A DNA stretch of 64,000 bases from an uncultured Gemmatimonadaceae bacterium (GCA_963843845.1 CAWJMB010000001.1:96001-160000); one strand, 5' to 3'; counted from the stretch's first letter, positions 20,459-30,989 are shown. Numbers and translations are program-made. Notes: a model not told the origin generated them from the sequence alone.

Positions 20459-23400
20459 GTGCGCCATCGCTTCTACACGCTGCTCGCCGCACTGGGCTGC
20501 GGCGCACCGTCGCTCGACGCGCAGGCGGCGGCGCCGCCGCCGCCACCGTCGTCATCCACGTCGCCGCAGCCATCGGCGCCAGACGTCGTGCGCGGACGCG
20601 TGCTCGACGACTCGAGCCGCGCGCTCAGGGCGGCGATCGTCCACGTCACGCGCGGCCCCGACCGGCTCGTGCAGCAGGACACGACCGACGCCGACGGCCG
20701 CTTCTCGCTGCGCTTCGATCCCGGAACGGGCGACTACCTCGTCGCGATCTCGGCGCCCGGCTTTCGCGCGGCGCGGCGGCGCGTGCAGCGGCAGGCGAAC
20801 GAGCGCGAGCTGGTCGCCGACTTCACGTTGGGCCGCGACCTCGCGACGCTCGCCGCAGTGACGGTGCAGGCGCGGCGGCCGACGCGCGCGACGAGCGCGA
20901 TCAGCCCGACGTCGGCCGAGACCGGCGCGAGCGAGCGGTGGAGTGACGGCGTGGACGGGCAGCTCCCGCCGACGCTCGCGGGCGACCTGAACGCGCTCGC
21001 GGGCACGATCCCCGGCGTGACGATGACCCCCGGCGGCCCCTCGATCCTCGGCTCGGGGGCCGAGTCGAACTTGCACGACGCTGAACGGGATGGCGCTCCC
21101 CGGCGGCTCGCTCCCGCGCGCGGCGCGCACCGAGACGCGCGTGACCGGCGCGACCTTCGACCCGACGCGCGGCGGCTTCTCCGGCGCGAACATCGACGTG
21201 CGGCTCGGGCCGGGAAGCCGCAGCTATCAGCAGCGCAACGCGTTCCTCACGCTCGACCCGTCGGCGCTCCAGCTCACCGACGCGGTCGGCCGATCGTCGG
21301 CACGCGCAGCACCGGCGGTTCGCGGAAGCGTCGGCGCCGACGGCGAGCTGATTCGGCGCGCGCTGACCTACAACGTCGCGCTCGACGTCGCGCGTTCGAC
21401 GAGCGACCCGGCCACGCTGCTCGACGCCGACGCGGCGACGCTGCTGCGCGCCGGCGTCTCTCCCGACTCGGTCGCGCGACTCGGCGCGGTGACGCGGCCG
21501 TTCGGCATCTCGCCCGGCGCGGGCGTGCCCGGCGCGCAGCGGCGTGACGCCGTCACCTGGCTCGGCCGCCTCGACGACACGCGCGACTCGCTGAATCGCC
21601 GTACGCTGACGACCTACGCGGGTCTCGCGACGCAGGGCGCGATCGGCTTCGGCCCGCTCGCCGCGCCGTCGGCCGCGGGCGAGCGCGACGACCGCGCGTT
21701 CGGCATCCAGCTCGCAGACGCGCGACCTCGTCGGGCCGGGGCGGCGCGTGCTCACGGAGACGCGGCGTCGGCGCGAGCGGGACGTGGGCGACGGGCGATC
21801 CGTATCGCGCGCTCCCCGGCGCGTCGGTGCTCGTGCGCTCGGCCGACGTCGAACGAGCGCAGCGACGTCACGGCGCTGTCGCGTCGGCGGCAACGCGTTC
21901 CTCGCTGAGCGACGAGCGGCGGTGGACGGTCGAGGCGGGGAACGAGACGTCGTGGAACGCGCGCGGCTCGCGGCACCGCTTCAAGGCCTCGGCGTGGGCG
22001 CGCGCCGACGGGCGTCGAGCAGGCGCCGAGCGGGAATCTGCTCGGCAGCTACAGCTTCAACTCGATCGCCGACTTCGGCGGCGAACCGCCCGGCGAGCTA
22101 CACGCGCACGCTCGTCGCAGCCGGCGCGCGCGGGCAGCGCGTGGAACGGGGCCGTCGCGATCGCGCACCAGTGGGTGCCGTCGCGCTGGTTCAACCTGAT
22201 CTACGGCGCGCGCGTCGAGGCGAACGCGTTCGGCGACGCGCCGCCGAGGAACCCGGCGCTCGAGTCCGCGCTCGGCGTGCGCACCGGTGCGGCGCCCGCA
22301 CGCGTGCACGTGAGTCCGCGCGTCGGGTTTCAGTACACGTACAACCGCGACAAGGACAACGGCAACGGCATCGAGCATGAACCAGATCGGCAAGTTCTAT
22401 CGCACGACGATGGGCGTCGTGCGCGGCGGCATCGGCGAGTTCCGCGACCTGCTGCGGCCGGGCGTGCTCGCGGACGCGAACGCGGGCGCGGGGCTGCCGG
22501 GAGGCACGACGATGCTGTCGTGCGTCGGCGCCGCGGTGCCGCTCCCCGACTGGCGGAGCTTCCTCGACGACCCGTCGACGATCCCGAGCGCGTGCGCCGG
22601 CGCGGCGTCCGACGCGAACGGCGGGCTGGCCGAGCGCGCGCCGTCGGTGACGCTCATCGACCCGAAGTACGACGTGCCGCGCAGCTGGCGCGCGTCGCTC
22701 GACTGGTCGACGACGATGTACGAACGTGATGCTCAAGCTCGGCGGGCTCGCGTCGTACGACCTCTCGCAGCCGGGCACGATCGACGCGAACTTCGCCGGC
22801 GTGTCGCGCTTCGCGTTGGGCGGCGAGGGGGGCCGCCCGGTGTTCGTGTCGCCGGCCGCGATCGACCCGGCGAGCGGCGCCGTGTCGGCGGCCGAGTCGC
22901 GGCGCGTGAACGCGTTCGGGCGCGTCGGCGTGCGGACGAGCGACCTGCGCGGCTACGGCGGGCAGCTCACGCTCTCGGCCGCGCCGGACATGTTCAAGAT
23001 GCGGCGGCGGCCGTGGGAGGCTGTTCGCGTCGACCGCCTACACGCTCCAGACGACGCGCCGGCAGTACCGCGGCTTCGACGGCGCCGGCTTCGGCGACCC
23101 GCGTGCGACCGAGTGGGCCGCCGGTCCGAACGACGCGCGGCACGCGGTGCTCGTGCAGGGCGGCATCTCGCCGCCGAACGTCGGAACGTTCACGCTGTTC
23201 GCGCGCGCGCAGTCCGGGCTGCCGTTCACGCCGCTCGTGCAGGGCGACGTGAACGGCGACGGGCGCGGCAGCGACCGCGCGTTCGTGCCCGATCCCTCGC
23301 GGTCGCTCGGGACGGGCGCTGACGATGTCGCGCTCGCGACGCAGCTCCGCGCGCTGCTCGCGAACGGGTCCGACGCGGCGCGCGAGTGCCTGACGGCGTA

Positions 23401-24279
23401 CGCCGGGACGGTCGCCGCGCGCAACGGCTGCCGCGGCCCGTGGACGCAGTCGCTGAACGTGCAGTGGCGGCCGCGCCTGCCAGCGAAAGTGCGCAACCGC
23501 GTCACGGCGTCGGTGTACTTCGCGAACGTGCTGGGCGGCGTCGACCAGCTGCTGCACGGCAGCGATCTGCGCGGCTGGGGCTCCGGCGGCGCGCCCGACC
23601 CGGTGCTGCTCGTGCCGCGGGGCTTCGACCGACCGCCGCGGGGGGCGCGCGCTTTCGCTACGACGTGAACCCGCGCTTCGGCGACACGCGCGGCGCGCGA
23701 ACGCTCGTGCGCGAGCCGTTCCGCGTCACGCTCGATTTCTCGTTCGAGCTCTCGACCGACTACAACGTGCAGGAGCTGCGTCGCGCGCTCGAGCCGGTGA
23801 AGGTGGGCCGGGCGTGGGAGCGGCGCACGGCCGACTCGCTCGCCGCGTTCTATCTGTCGAATACGTCGAACATCCACACGGCGCTGCTGACCGAGAGCGA
23901 CTCGCTGTTCCTGACGCCGGCGCAGGTCGCGCAGCTGCGCGTCCGCGACTCGGTCTACTCCGAGCAGGTGCGGGCGATCTACGTCCCGTTAGGCCGGTTC
24001 CTCGCCACGATGCCGAGCGGGGCGGCCGGGAAGGCGGCGCTCGACTCGGTCGCGGCGGCGCGCAAGGCGTACTGGAAGGTGTTCTGGCGCCAGCCGGAGA
24101 TCGCCGACTCGGCGCTCACGTCGCTGCAGCGGGAGCTCATGCCGATGCTGAAGAACATGCTCCAGATCACGCCGAAGGAGCGCGAAGGAAGTCAGTGGTT
24201 CTTCGGGAGCCCGGTGAAGTTCAAGGCGGAGAAGCCGGCCGTCTCGGCGAGCCGTCAGGCGCCCGGCGCGAGCTCGTAA
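20459..24279 (+). CDS. TonB-dependent-receptor-like outer-membrane protein with N-terminal carboxypeptidase-regulatory domain, many frameshifts
   Basis: Signal peptide, VRGRV...TTDADGRFSL...GDYLV, plug-like TFDPTRGGFSGA, HVSPRVGF, SGLPFTPLV.GDVNGDG and YDVNPRFG in successive frames. Confidence 0.8.
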
Positions 24280-24998
24280 GCCGGCATCTCGTCCCCGTCA
24301 CCGCGTCGGAAGCCGACGACGCCGTACCCGCGCGCGAAGTACGAGAGGATCGCGTCGCGCGTGCGGGCCCGCCACGCCGCGCGCTCGTCGTACGGCAGGG
24401 CGTCGACGTCGCGCGGCACGGGGACGCGGACGATGGCGGCAGAATCGTCAGGCACGGTGGCCACGCCGCCCGTCGGCCCGAGGTCCCACGCCGCGACGAA
24501 GCGGTCGGTCTCGAGCGCGCCGTGCAGCGGCGAGCCGGTGTCGCCGCCGTACATGTTCGGCACGTACTCGGCGGCGCGTGCGCCTAACCGATTGAGATTG
24601 AGGTGCGCGTTGCGCGCCTGGAGCGGGTCGAAGGTCCAGTACATCGTCTCGACGCCGATCGCGCGGACGAGGTCGCGCTGGTAGCGCTTGAGCCGCTCGC
24701 CGAGCCCCGAGCCGCGCGCCTCGGCCCGCACGGCGAGCATGTCGGACCAGTGCGCGAGGCGGCCGTCCCTGATCCCCGTCATGCCGAACACGAAGCCGAG
24801 CATGCGGCTCGAGCGGCCGTCGGGCGCGAACGCCGCGGCGCAGACGCCGCCGAGCTTCTGGGTGACGAGGAGGATCGTCGCGGGGACGCGCTCGTGGAAA
24901 TCGGTGCCCCACGTCTCGCGCTGGATCGCGACGCACTCGTGGTATTCGGCGAGCGTCTCGACGCGGCGGATCGTGACGGGGTCTGACTCGCGACGCAT
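24255..24998 (-). CDS. GNAT acyltransferase (D-amino-acid N-succinyltransferase-like)
   Basis: HWSDMLAV...RGSGLGERLK.YQR, WTFDPLQARNAHLNLNRLGA...Y.PNMYG, TDRF...W. This family is typically found beside NSAR. Confidence 0.85.
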   Translation of the reverse strand: MRRESDPVTIRRVETLAEYHECVAIQRETWGTDFHERVPATILLVTQKLGGVCAAAFAPDGRSSRMLGFVFGMTGIRDGRLAHWSDMLAVRAEARGSGLGERLKRYQRDLVRAIGVETMYWTFDPLQARNAHLNLNRLGARAAEYVPNMYGGDTGSPLHGALETDRFVAAWDLGPTGGVATVPDDSAAIVRVPVPRDVDALPYDERAAWRARTRDAILSYFARGYGVVGFRRGDGDEMPAYELAPGA

Positions 24999-25145
24999 GC
25001 GGCTCGGAGCGAGGGAGGAACGAGAGCGGGCAGCCGGCGAGGAATCTTGCCGACGGCGAACCCCGAAGACAGCTTCGCGTCGGCACCGTGTACAGTATCG
25101 GATACGGAGCAGTGCCCCGAGCGCCTCGGCGCCGGCAGCCACATC

Positions 25146-25253
25146 GACCTCGCCGAGGGGCTGATCCGCCGCAGGTACACCGACGCGCAGACCGAGGAGA
25201 TCCTCGGCGGCAACTTCCGGCGCGTGCTGTCACAGATCTGGACTCCCGGGTGA
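25146..25253 (+). pseudogene. C-terminal stump of a membrane dipeptidase (M19)
   Basis: DLAEGLIRRRYTDAQTEEILGGNFRRVLSQIW matches the typical M19 terminal motif (L..RGY....I..ILGGN..RV). The catalytic domain is absent. Confidence 0.7.
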
Positions 25254-25261
25254 CGCATCCG

Positions 25262-26446
25262 ATGACCACGCACGCCGTTCGACTCGAGCAGATCGCGCTG
25301 CGCGAGATCCGCCTGTCGCTGAAAGAGCCGTTCCGCATCTCGTCGGGCGTCGTCACCGAGCGCCGCATCTGTCTCCTCGAGCTGCGCGACGCCGACGGCA
25401 CGGTGGTCTGGGCCGAGTGCGTCGCCGGCGAGCAGCCGAACTACAGCGCGGAGACGATCGACACCGCCTGGGCGGCGATCACGACGTGGGTCGCGCCGCG
25501 CGTGCTCGGCACGACGTTCGACGCCCCCGCCGCCATTCGCCCCGCGCTCGAGCGCGACTTCCGCGGTCACCCGATGGCGAAGGCGGCGGTCGAGATGGGG
25601 AGCTACGCGCTCGCCGCGCAGCGCGCGGGCGTGCCGCTCGCCCGCTTCCTCGGCGGCGGACGGACGCGCATCCCGACCGGTATCTCGTTGGGCATCCAGC
25701 CGCGGCCGGAGCTGCTCGTGGCGCGCGCGCTCGCGGCGAAGGCGGCCGGCTATCGCAAGATCAAGGTGAAGATCGCGCCGGGCTCCGACGTCGAGTTCGT
25801 CGGCGCGGTGCGCGAGGCGGTCGGGCCGGAGCTCGCGCTCATGGCCGACGCGAACTCGGGATACACGCTCGCCGACGCCGATCACCTCGTCCGGCTCGAC
25901 GCGTTCGGCCTGACGATGATCGAGCAGCCGCTGGGCCGCGACGACCTCGTGCAGCACGCGGCGCTGCAGCGCCGGCTCCGGACGCCGCTCTGTCTCGACG
26001 AGTCGATCACCGACGTCGACCGGGCGCGCGACATGATGACGTTGGGCAGCGGCCGCATCGTGAACATCAAGCCGGGACGTGTCGGCGGCTTCGCGTCGTC
26101 GATCGCGATCCACGACGCGTGTCAGGCGGCGGGCGTTCCCGTGTGGTGCGGCGGGATGCTCGAGAGCGGCGTCGGGCGCGCGTACAACGTCGCGCTCGCG
26201 TCGCTCGCGAACTTCTCGATGCCCGGCGACCTCTCGCCGAGCGCACGCTACTGGGAGCGCGACGTCGTCACGCCCGAGTGGACGATGGGGAGCGACGGCA
26301 TGGTCGCCGTCCCGTTGGAGCGCCCCGGCATCGGTGTCGAGGTCGACGTCGACCGGATCGAGAATCTCACCGTGCGGCGTGACGTGCTGCGTCGTGCCAG
26401 CACGGACCCCGGCCTGCGCGCTGAGGCGCCGCGCCTGGCAGGGTGA
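25262..26446 (+). CDS. menC: N-succinylamino acid racemase / o-succinylbenzoate synthase (enolase superfamily)
   Basis: KIKVK, DAN, IEQP, LDES, NIKPGRVGG, WCGGMLESGVGRA, PGD.S.S.RYW. Confidence 0.9.
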   Translation: MTTHAVRLEQIALREIRLSLKEPFRISSGVVTERRICLLELRDADGTVVWAECVAGEQPNYSAETIDTAWAAITTWVAPRVLGTTFDAPAAIRPALERDFRGHPMAKAAVEMGSYALAAQRAGVPLARFLGGGRTRIPTGISLGIQPRPELLVARALAAKAAGYRKIKVKIAPGSDVEFVGAVREAVGPELALMADANSGYTLADADHLVRLDAFGLTMIEQPLGRDDLVQHAALQRRLRTPLCLDESITDVDRARDMMTLGSGRIVNIKPGRVGGFASSIAIHDACQAAGVPVWCGGMLESGVGRAYNVALASLANFSMPGDLSPSARYWERDVVTPEWTMGSDGMVAVPLERPGIGVEVDVDRIENLTVRRDVLRRASTDPGLRAEAPRLAG

Positions 26447-26457
26447 GGCGCGGCCCC

Positions 26458-26610
26458 GGCTTCGATCTCGGCGTCGGCGTCGAACGTCGCTGGAACACGT
26501 CAGGTCCGAAGCTCGCCGGCCAGCTCCACTTCGTCGCGGGCGACGTGGACGACGTCCACCTGGACCTCGCCGTCCACGACGTCGAGACCTTCCCGGACGG
26601 CACGACCGAG
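26458..26610 (+). pseudogene. possible relic of an esterase C-terminal segment
   Basis: FDLGVGVERRWNTSGPKLAGQLHFVAGDVDDVHLDLAV recalls a W..LGPKL.GK.H..VGD.D...L..AV segment that I associate with putative esterases. This is recognition only. Confidence 0.35.
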
Positions 26611-26633
26611 CGCATGACCCCCCATCCGCTCGC

Positions 26634-27497
26634 TCAGCCCTCGCCGAGAAACCGCGTGTGGAACGGCTCCCGGAACGTGCGCGAGAGCCTGAGCTTCGTG
26701 CCGTCGCGTAACACGACGACCGCGTCGCCGCCGAACCACGGCTGCACTTCCTGCACGCGCGACAGGTTCACGAGGTAGCGCCGGTGGATGCGCACGAAGC
26801 GCCGCGGGTCGAGCTGCGCCTCGAGGTTCGCCGACGTCTGCCGCACCAGGTAGCTCTGCCGCCCGGCGTGCACGCGCACATAGTTCCCTTCCGTCTCGAA
26901 CCAGTCCACCTCGTCGAGCCGCACGATGCGCAGCGCGCCCTCGACGCGCACGGCGAGGTGCTCGCTGCTCGGCACGCGTGTCAGCTCCTCGCTCACGACG
27001 CTGCGGATGAGCGATCGCAGCCGCGCGTCGTCGCTCGGCCCGGCCGGGTTCTGGGTGCCGGCGGCCGGCTCGGAGCGCGTCGCGCTCGACCGCAGCCGCG
27101 CGCGCGCGCGGTCGAGCGCGACGTGGAACCGCTCGCGGTCGAACGGCTTCAGCAGGTAGTCGACCGCGTGCACCTCGAACGCACGCACCGCGTACGCGTC
27201 GTACGCCGTCACGAACACCACCGTCGGCATCTTCTCCCCGCCGATCGCCTCGATGACCTGAAAGCCGGTGAGGTCGGGCATCTGCACGTCGAGGAAGACG
27301 AGGTCGGGCGTCTCCTCGCGAATGCGCTCGATCGCCTCCCGTCCGCCGGCGCACTGCGCCACGACGCGCACGCCGGGCACCTCGCCCAGCATCCGCGCGA
27401 GCCGCCGGCGCGGCACCGGCTCGTCCTCGGCGATGACGACGGTGATCTCGGCGCCGAGCGCCGAGCCGGACACGGAGTCGAGCACGGAGTCGATCAT
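26634..27497 (-). CDS. LytTR family response regulator
   Basis: IAEDE, PDLVFLDVQMP, FVTAYD.YAV.AF...AVDYLLKPF; LytTR part GNYV..H...LDP..FVRIHR..LVN. Confidence 0.95.
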   Translation of the reverse strand: MIDSVLDSVSGSALGAEITVVIAEDEPVPRRRLARMLGEVPGVRVVAQCAGGREAIERIREETPDLVFLDVQMPDLTGFQVIEAIGGEKMPTVVFVTAYDAYAVRAFEVHAVDYLLKPFDRERFHVALDRARARLRSSATRSEPAAGTQNPAGPSDDARLRSLIRSVVSEELTRVPSSEHLAVRVEGALRIVRLDEVDWFETEGNYVRVHAGRQSYLVRQTSANLEAQLDPRRFVRIHRRYLVNLSRVQEVQPWFGGDAVVVLRDGTKLRLSRTFREPFHTRFLGEG

Positions 27498-29323
27498 GCG
27501 ACGCGAAGTGGAGGTTCGGAGACGGAGCGGGCGATCGCCTCGGCGAACGCCTCGGCGGACGCCTCGGCGGACGACGATCCCGCGCCGCGACTGTCGAGCG
27601 TGCCGCGCAGCTCGTCGGCGAGCGCCGTGATCGCGCGCTCGGTCGCGGCGACGTCGCGCTCGACGGTCTCGGCCAGCTCGTCGAGCGTGCGGACGATGAC
27701 CTCGGGCTGCGCGCGCACCGTCGCCGCCTGCAATCGCGACTCGGCGATCTCGGCCCGGAGCGTCACCTCCAGGCGCTCGCGCTCGTGCAGCCACGCCGTC
27801 ACGCGACCGTGATGCCCGACGCCCAACACGATCCAGTACGCGAGCACGCTGATGAACAGCGTCGTCACGTACGCCGCGGGCCACGGCGGCGCGTCGGCGT
27901 GGAGCATCGCGTCGAGCGCCACGCGCCACGCGAGCGCGTGCACGACCGCGACCGCCGCGGAGAGCGCGAGGTGCAGCGCGACGCGCCACGCCGCGCCGCG
28001 GCGTTGGAGCGTGACGACGCCGGTCAGCCAGAGCACGAGCGGCGTCGCGACCGCCCAGAGGAGCGCCCCGGAGAGGTGCGTGACGACGACGCGCGACAGC
28101 TCCGCCTCTTCGAGCCGCCCGCGCATGACGAGGTACGCGCGGCTCTGCCCCGCCCACGCCGAGCCCCAGAGCAGCCAGCCGACGATCGTCGCGGCGGCCG
28201 GGTGGCGCTGCACGAACGCGAGCAGGCGCCCGGCGCGCGGCCCATCGTTCGGCTCGGCGTCGATGCTGTCGGTCGCCGGCGTGCGGCGTGCGGGGATCGA
28301 GAGCGCGACGTCGGCGCCTCCGTTCGGCGCCTCGTGAAGGTCCAACGTCCACTCGCTCCCGTAGAGCGCGGCGAGCCGCTCGCGCACGTTGCGCAGCCCG
28401 AGCCCGTAGCCGGGGACGTGCGTCGGCGCGCTGAGCCCGACACCGTTGTCGCGCACGACCACCTCCAGCCGCCCGTCTTCGACGCGTGCGGCGATCTCGA
28501 TGCGCCCGCGTGCGGAGCGGCCGACGAGGCCGTGTTTGATCGCGTTCTCCACGAGCGGCTGGAGCAGCAGGCGCGGCACGCGCACGTCGCGGGCGCCGGG
28601 GCTCACGCGCTGCTCGATGCGCAGCCAGTCGGCGAAGCGCATCCGCTGGATCTCGAGATACGGCTCCAGCGTCGCCAGCTCTTCGGCGAGCGTGACGTCC
28701 TCGCCGCGGCGCTCGGTGGCGGCGCGGAGCAGCGCGGCGAGCGCGCGGAGCATGCGCGCCGCGGTCGCCGGGGCCTCGTACGCCAGCTCGGCGACCGTGC
28801 CCAACGCGTTGAAGAGGAAGTGCGGCTGGAGCTGCGCCTCGAGGTAGGCGAGGCGGGTCCGCGCGAGCTGCGCGCGTAGCATCAGTTCGGCGCGCACGCG
28901 GGCGAGCACGGCGTCGTGCGCGTCGAGCACGCGCGTCGCGAGCAGCACGGCGCCGTACTGCGCGACGGTGACGTCGAGGAAGTAGACCGCGGTCGCGTAC
29001 CACGGTGACGCCGGCCACTCGCCCTGAGCGGCGAGCACGAGGCGCCGCGCCGTCGTGTCGATCGCCGCGGCGCCGACGATGCCGACGAGCGTCGCGACGA
29101 CGCCGTGCCGCCGGTCTTCCCACCGCGCGACGAGCGGCGTGAGCAGCGTCCACGTCAGCGCGAGCACGCCGTAGTACGGCAGCAGCGCCGCGAGCCGCGC
29201 GCCGCCCGGCGTCGACGTCACCACGACCAGGTACTCGACGAAGGCGAGCGTCGCCCACCCGCCGGCGACGACGCCGAGGCGGCGCGCCGTCCACGGCGCC
29301 AGCGCGCGCGTCACCGACGGCAC
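27494..29323 (-). CDS. LytS-type histidine kinase with a duplicated C-terminal membrane module
   Basis: TM helices, AQLQPHFLFNAL, LQPLVENAIKHG, DNGVG and GLGL.NVRERL, followed by a second TM bundle and a His-less DHp copy. Confidence 0.9.
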   Translation of the reverse strand: MPSVTRALAPWTARRLGVVAGGWATLAFVEYLVVVTSTPGGARLAALLPYYGVLALTWTLLTPLVARWEDRRHGVVATLVGIVGAAAIDTTARRLVLAAQGEWPASPWYATAVYFLDVTVAQYGAVLLATRVLDAHDAVLARVRAELMLRAQLARTRLAYLEAQLQPHFLFNALGTVAELAYEAPATAARMLRALAALLRAATERRGEDVTLAEELATLEPYLEIQRMRFADWLRIEQRVSPGARDVRVPRLLLQPLVENAIKHGLVGRSARGRIEIAARVEDGRLEVVVRDNGVGLSAPTHVPGYGLGLRNVRERLAALYGSEWTLDLHEAPNGGADVALSIPARRTPATDSIDAEPNDGPRAGRLLAFVQRHPAAATIVGWLLWGSAWAGQSRAYLVMRGRLEEAELSRVVVTHLSGALLWAVATPLVLWLTGVVTLQRRGAAWRVALHLALSAAVAVVHALAWRVALDAMLHADAPPWPAAYVTTLFISVLAYWIVLGVGHHGRVTAWLHERERLEVTLRAEIAESRLQAATVRAQPEVIVRTLDELAETVERDVAATERAITALADELRGTLDSRGAGSSSAEASAEAFAEAIARSVSEPPLRVA

Positions 29324-29501
29324 GCGGAGGTCGCGCGCACGACCAACACGTTCGTCGCGCGCGTGCGAGCGATCGCGCCAACGTCGCGCCCGGCGTGGAT
29401 CGGCATGACGGGAGGAACGGCAGGATGCGGAGTCGAGCGAGGCGTCGCGACCGGATGCCGCGTCGCGACTGCGACGGCAGTCCGCGCGTGGCTCGAGCGT
29501 G

Positions 29502-29577
29502 CTCGACAGAAGGAACAGCAGGCACAGAAGACCTGCTCGGGTCCGCTACTGCCGCTCCTTCTGTGCCTTCTGTCGAG
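29502..29577. repeat. REP-like inverted repeat
   Basis: CTCGACAGAAGG[AACAGCAGG]CACAGAAG ... CTTCTGTGCCTTCTGTCGAG. The arms are exact reverse complements apart from one extra 9-nt unit. Confidence 0.7.
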
Positions 29578-29693
29578 AACGACGGCGAACGCATCCGCGA
29601 GTTGTCATAGACACCGGCACTGGCGGATTGGTTTGCGCTTCACGGTGACGAACCCCGCACGGGGCCGCCACGACCGTGGGACGAACCGTCCGC

Positions 29694-30176
29694 TCAGCGA
29701 GTCGAGCCGTCGCTCGAGGCGCCCGGAAGCAGACCGTAGCCGCGCGCCATCATCACCGCCGCCACGATCATCGCCACGACGAGCAGCGCCTCGACGCGGC
29801 TGACGAGCACGATGCGCCGCGCGGCGGCGGGCGTCGCCGTCGCCCCGCGCCGCCAGCGAATCAGCGTCATCATCGGCCACAGCTCGAGCAGCAGCACGAG
29901 GACGAGGAACCCCATCTTCGCGAAGAAGAGGTGGTTGTGCATGTAGTAGCTCACGCCCTTCTCGGTCGACGCGAGCACGCGCCACACTCCGGTGCCGATC
30001 CACAGGAGCGCCGCGAGCCCCCACAGCGTGTCCGCGCGGAAGACACGTCGCAGCGTCCGGCCGTCGATGGGCTCGCGCAGCGCCGCCGCGCGATCGAGCA
30101 CCGCGCCGAGGCCGAGACCGAGCGCGACGAGATGGAGAGCGGCGAGCGCGAGGCGCAGAGTCGGGTCGGGGAGCAT
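29694..30176 (-). CDS. DUF2214 family membrane protein
   Basis: LHL.ALG, AD..WG..A...TG..R....EKG..YY..N..F..K, E..P...LIRWR. Confidence 0.85.
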   Translation of the reverse strand: MLPDPTLRLALAALHLVALGLGLGAVLDRAAALREPIDGRTLRRVFRADTLWGLAALLWIGTGVWRVLASTEKGVSYYMHNHLFFAKMGFLVLVLLLELWPMMTLIRWRRGATATPAAARRIVLVSRVEALLVVAMIVAAVMMARGYGLLPGASSDGSTR

Positions 30177-30251
30177 GCGGCGGAAAATGACCGGCGCGAC
30201 CAATCCGCGCGAGACGCCACTGCGTATGCCTCATGATGCGATTCCCCCCTG

Positions 30252-30989
30252 ATGCTCGCTGACGCCCCTCCCGCGGCCGTCTCGCTCTTGTCCGGCCGCG
30301 CGCCCGTCATGTACCTTCGCCCGACGTCGGCGCTCGCGAGCCGCGCACCGACGCTCATCTCTCTCGTTCCCCTGGACGTGGCCGACCTCGACCCACCGGC
30401 CGGCGCCCCGCAGCTCGACGACGCCGGCCTCGTGCGCGCCATGCATGGCGGCGACGGCCGCGCCGCCGGCGTCCTCTACGACCGTCACGCCGCGATGGTC
30501 ATGGGCCTCGCGCTCGCGATCGTCCGCGACCGCACCGACGCCGAGTCGGTGGTGCTCGACACGTTCACGCAGGTGTGGCGGAGCGCGGCGCGCTACGACC
30601 CGACGCGCGGATCGGTCGTGAGCTGGCTCGTCGTCCTCACCCGCAGCCGCGCGCTCGACCTCGTGCGCTCGACCGGACGCCGCGCGCGGCTCACTCCGGT
30701 CTCGGTCGACGACGCTCCCGCCGCCGCCCTGGTCGCCTCCGACGGCTCGTCGAACCCGTCGCTCGCCGTCGAGGCGAGCGAGCGGCAGGTCAAGGTCGCC
30801 GCCGCGCTCGCCGAGCTGCCCGACGCCCAGCGCAGCGCGATCGAGCTCGCGTTCTTCGACGGGCTGTCGCACTCCGAGATCGCCGACCGTCTCGCCGAGC
30901 CGTTGGGTACCGTGAAGACACGCATTCGCCTCGGCATGACGAAGTTGCGTCACCTGCTGCGGCCGTTCGGAGAAGGAGTCGTGCAATGA
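30252..30989 (+). CDS. ECF sigma-70 factor (SigK-like); start uncertain
   Basis: LYDRH...DAE.V..D.F.QVWRSA.RYDP.RGS..SWL, LPDAQR.AIELAFF.GLSHSEIA.RL..PLGTVKTRIRLG. Confidence 0.93.
   Translation: MLADAPPAAVSLLSGRAPVMYLRPTSALASRAPTLISLVPLDVADLDPPAGAPQLDDAGLVRAMHGGDGRAAGVLYDRHAAMVMGLALAIVRDRTDAESVVLDTFTQVWRSAARYDPTRGSVVSWLVVLTRSRALDLVRSTGRRARLTPVSVDDAPAAALVASDGSSNPSLAVEASERQVKVAAALAELPDAQRSAIELAFFDGLSHSEIADRLAEPLGTVKTRIRLGMTKLRHLLRPFGEGVVQ

Noticed and set aside
25262..26446. Menaquinone biosynthesis operon
   Set aside because: No other men genes are present, and the GNAT neighbour favours a racemase role.
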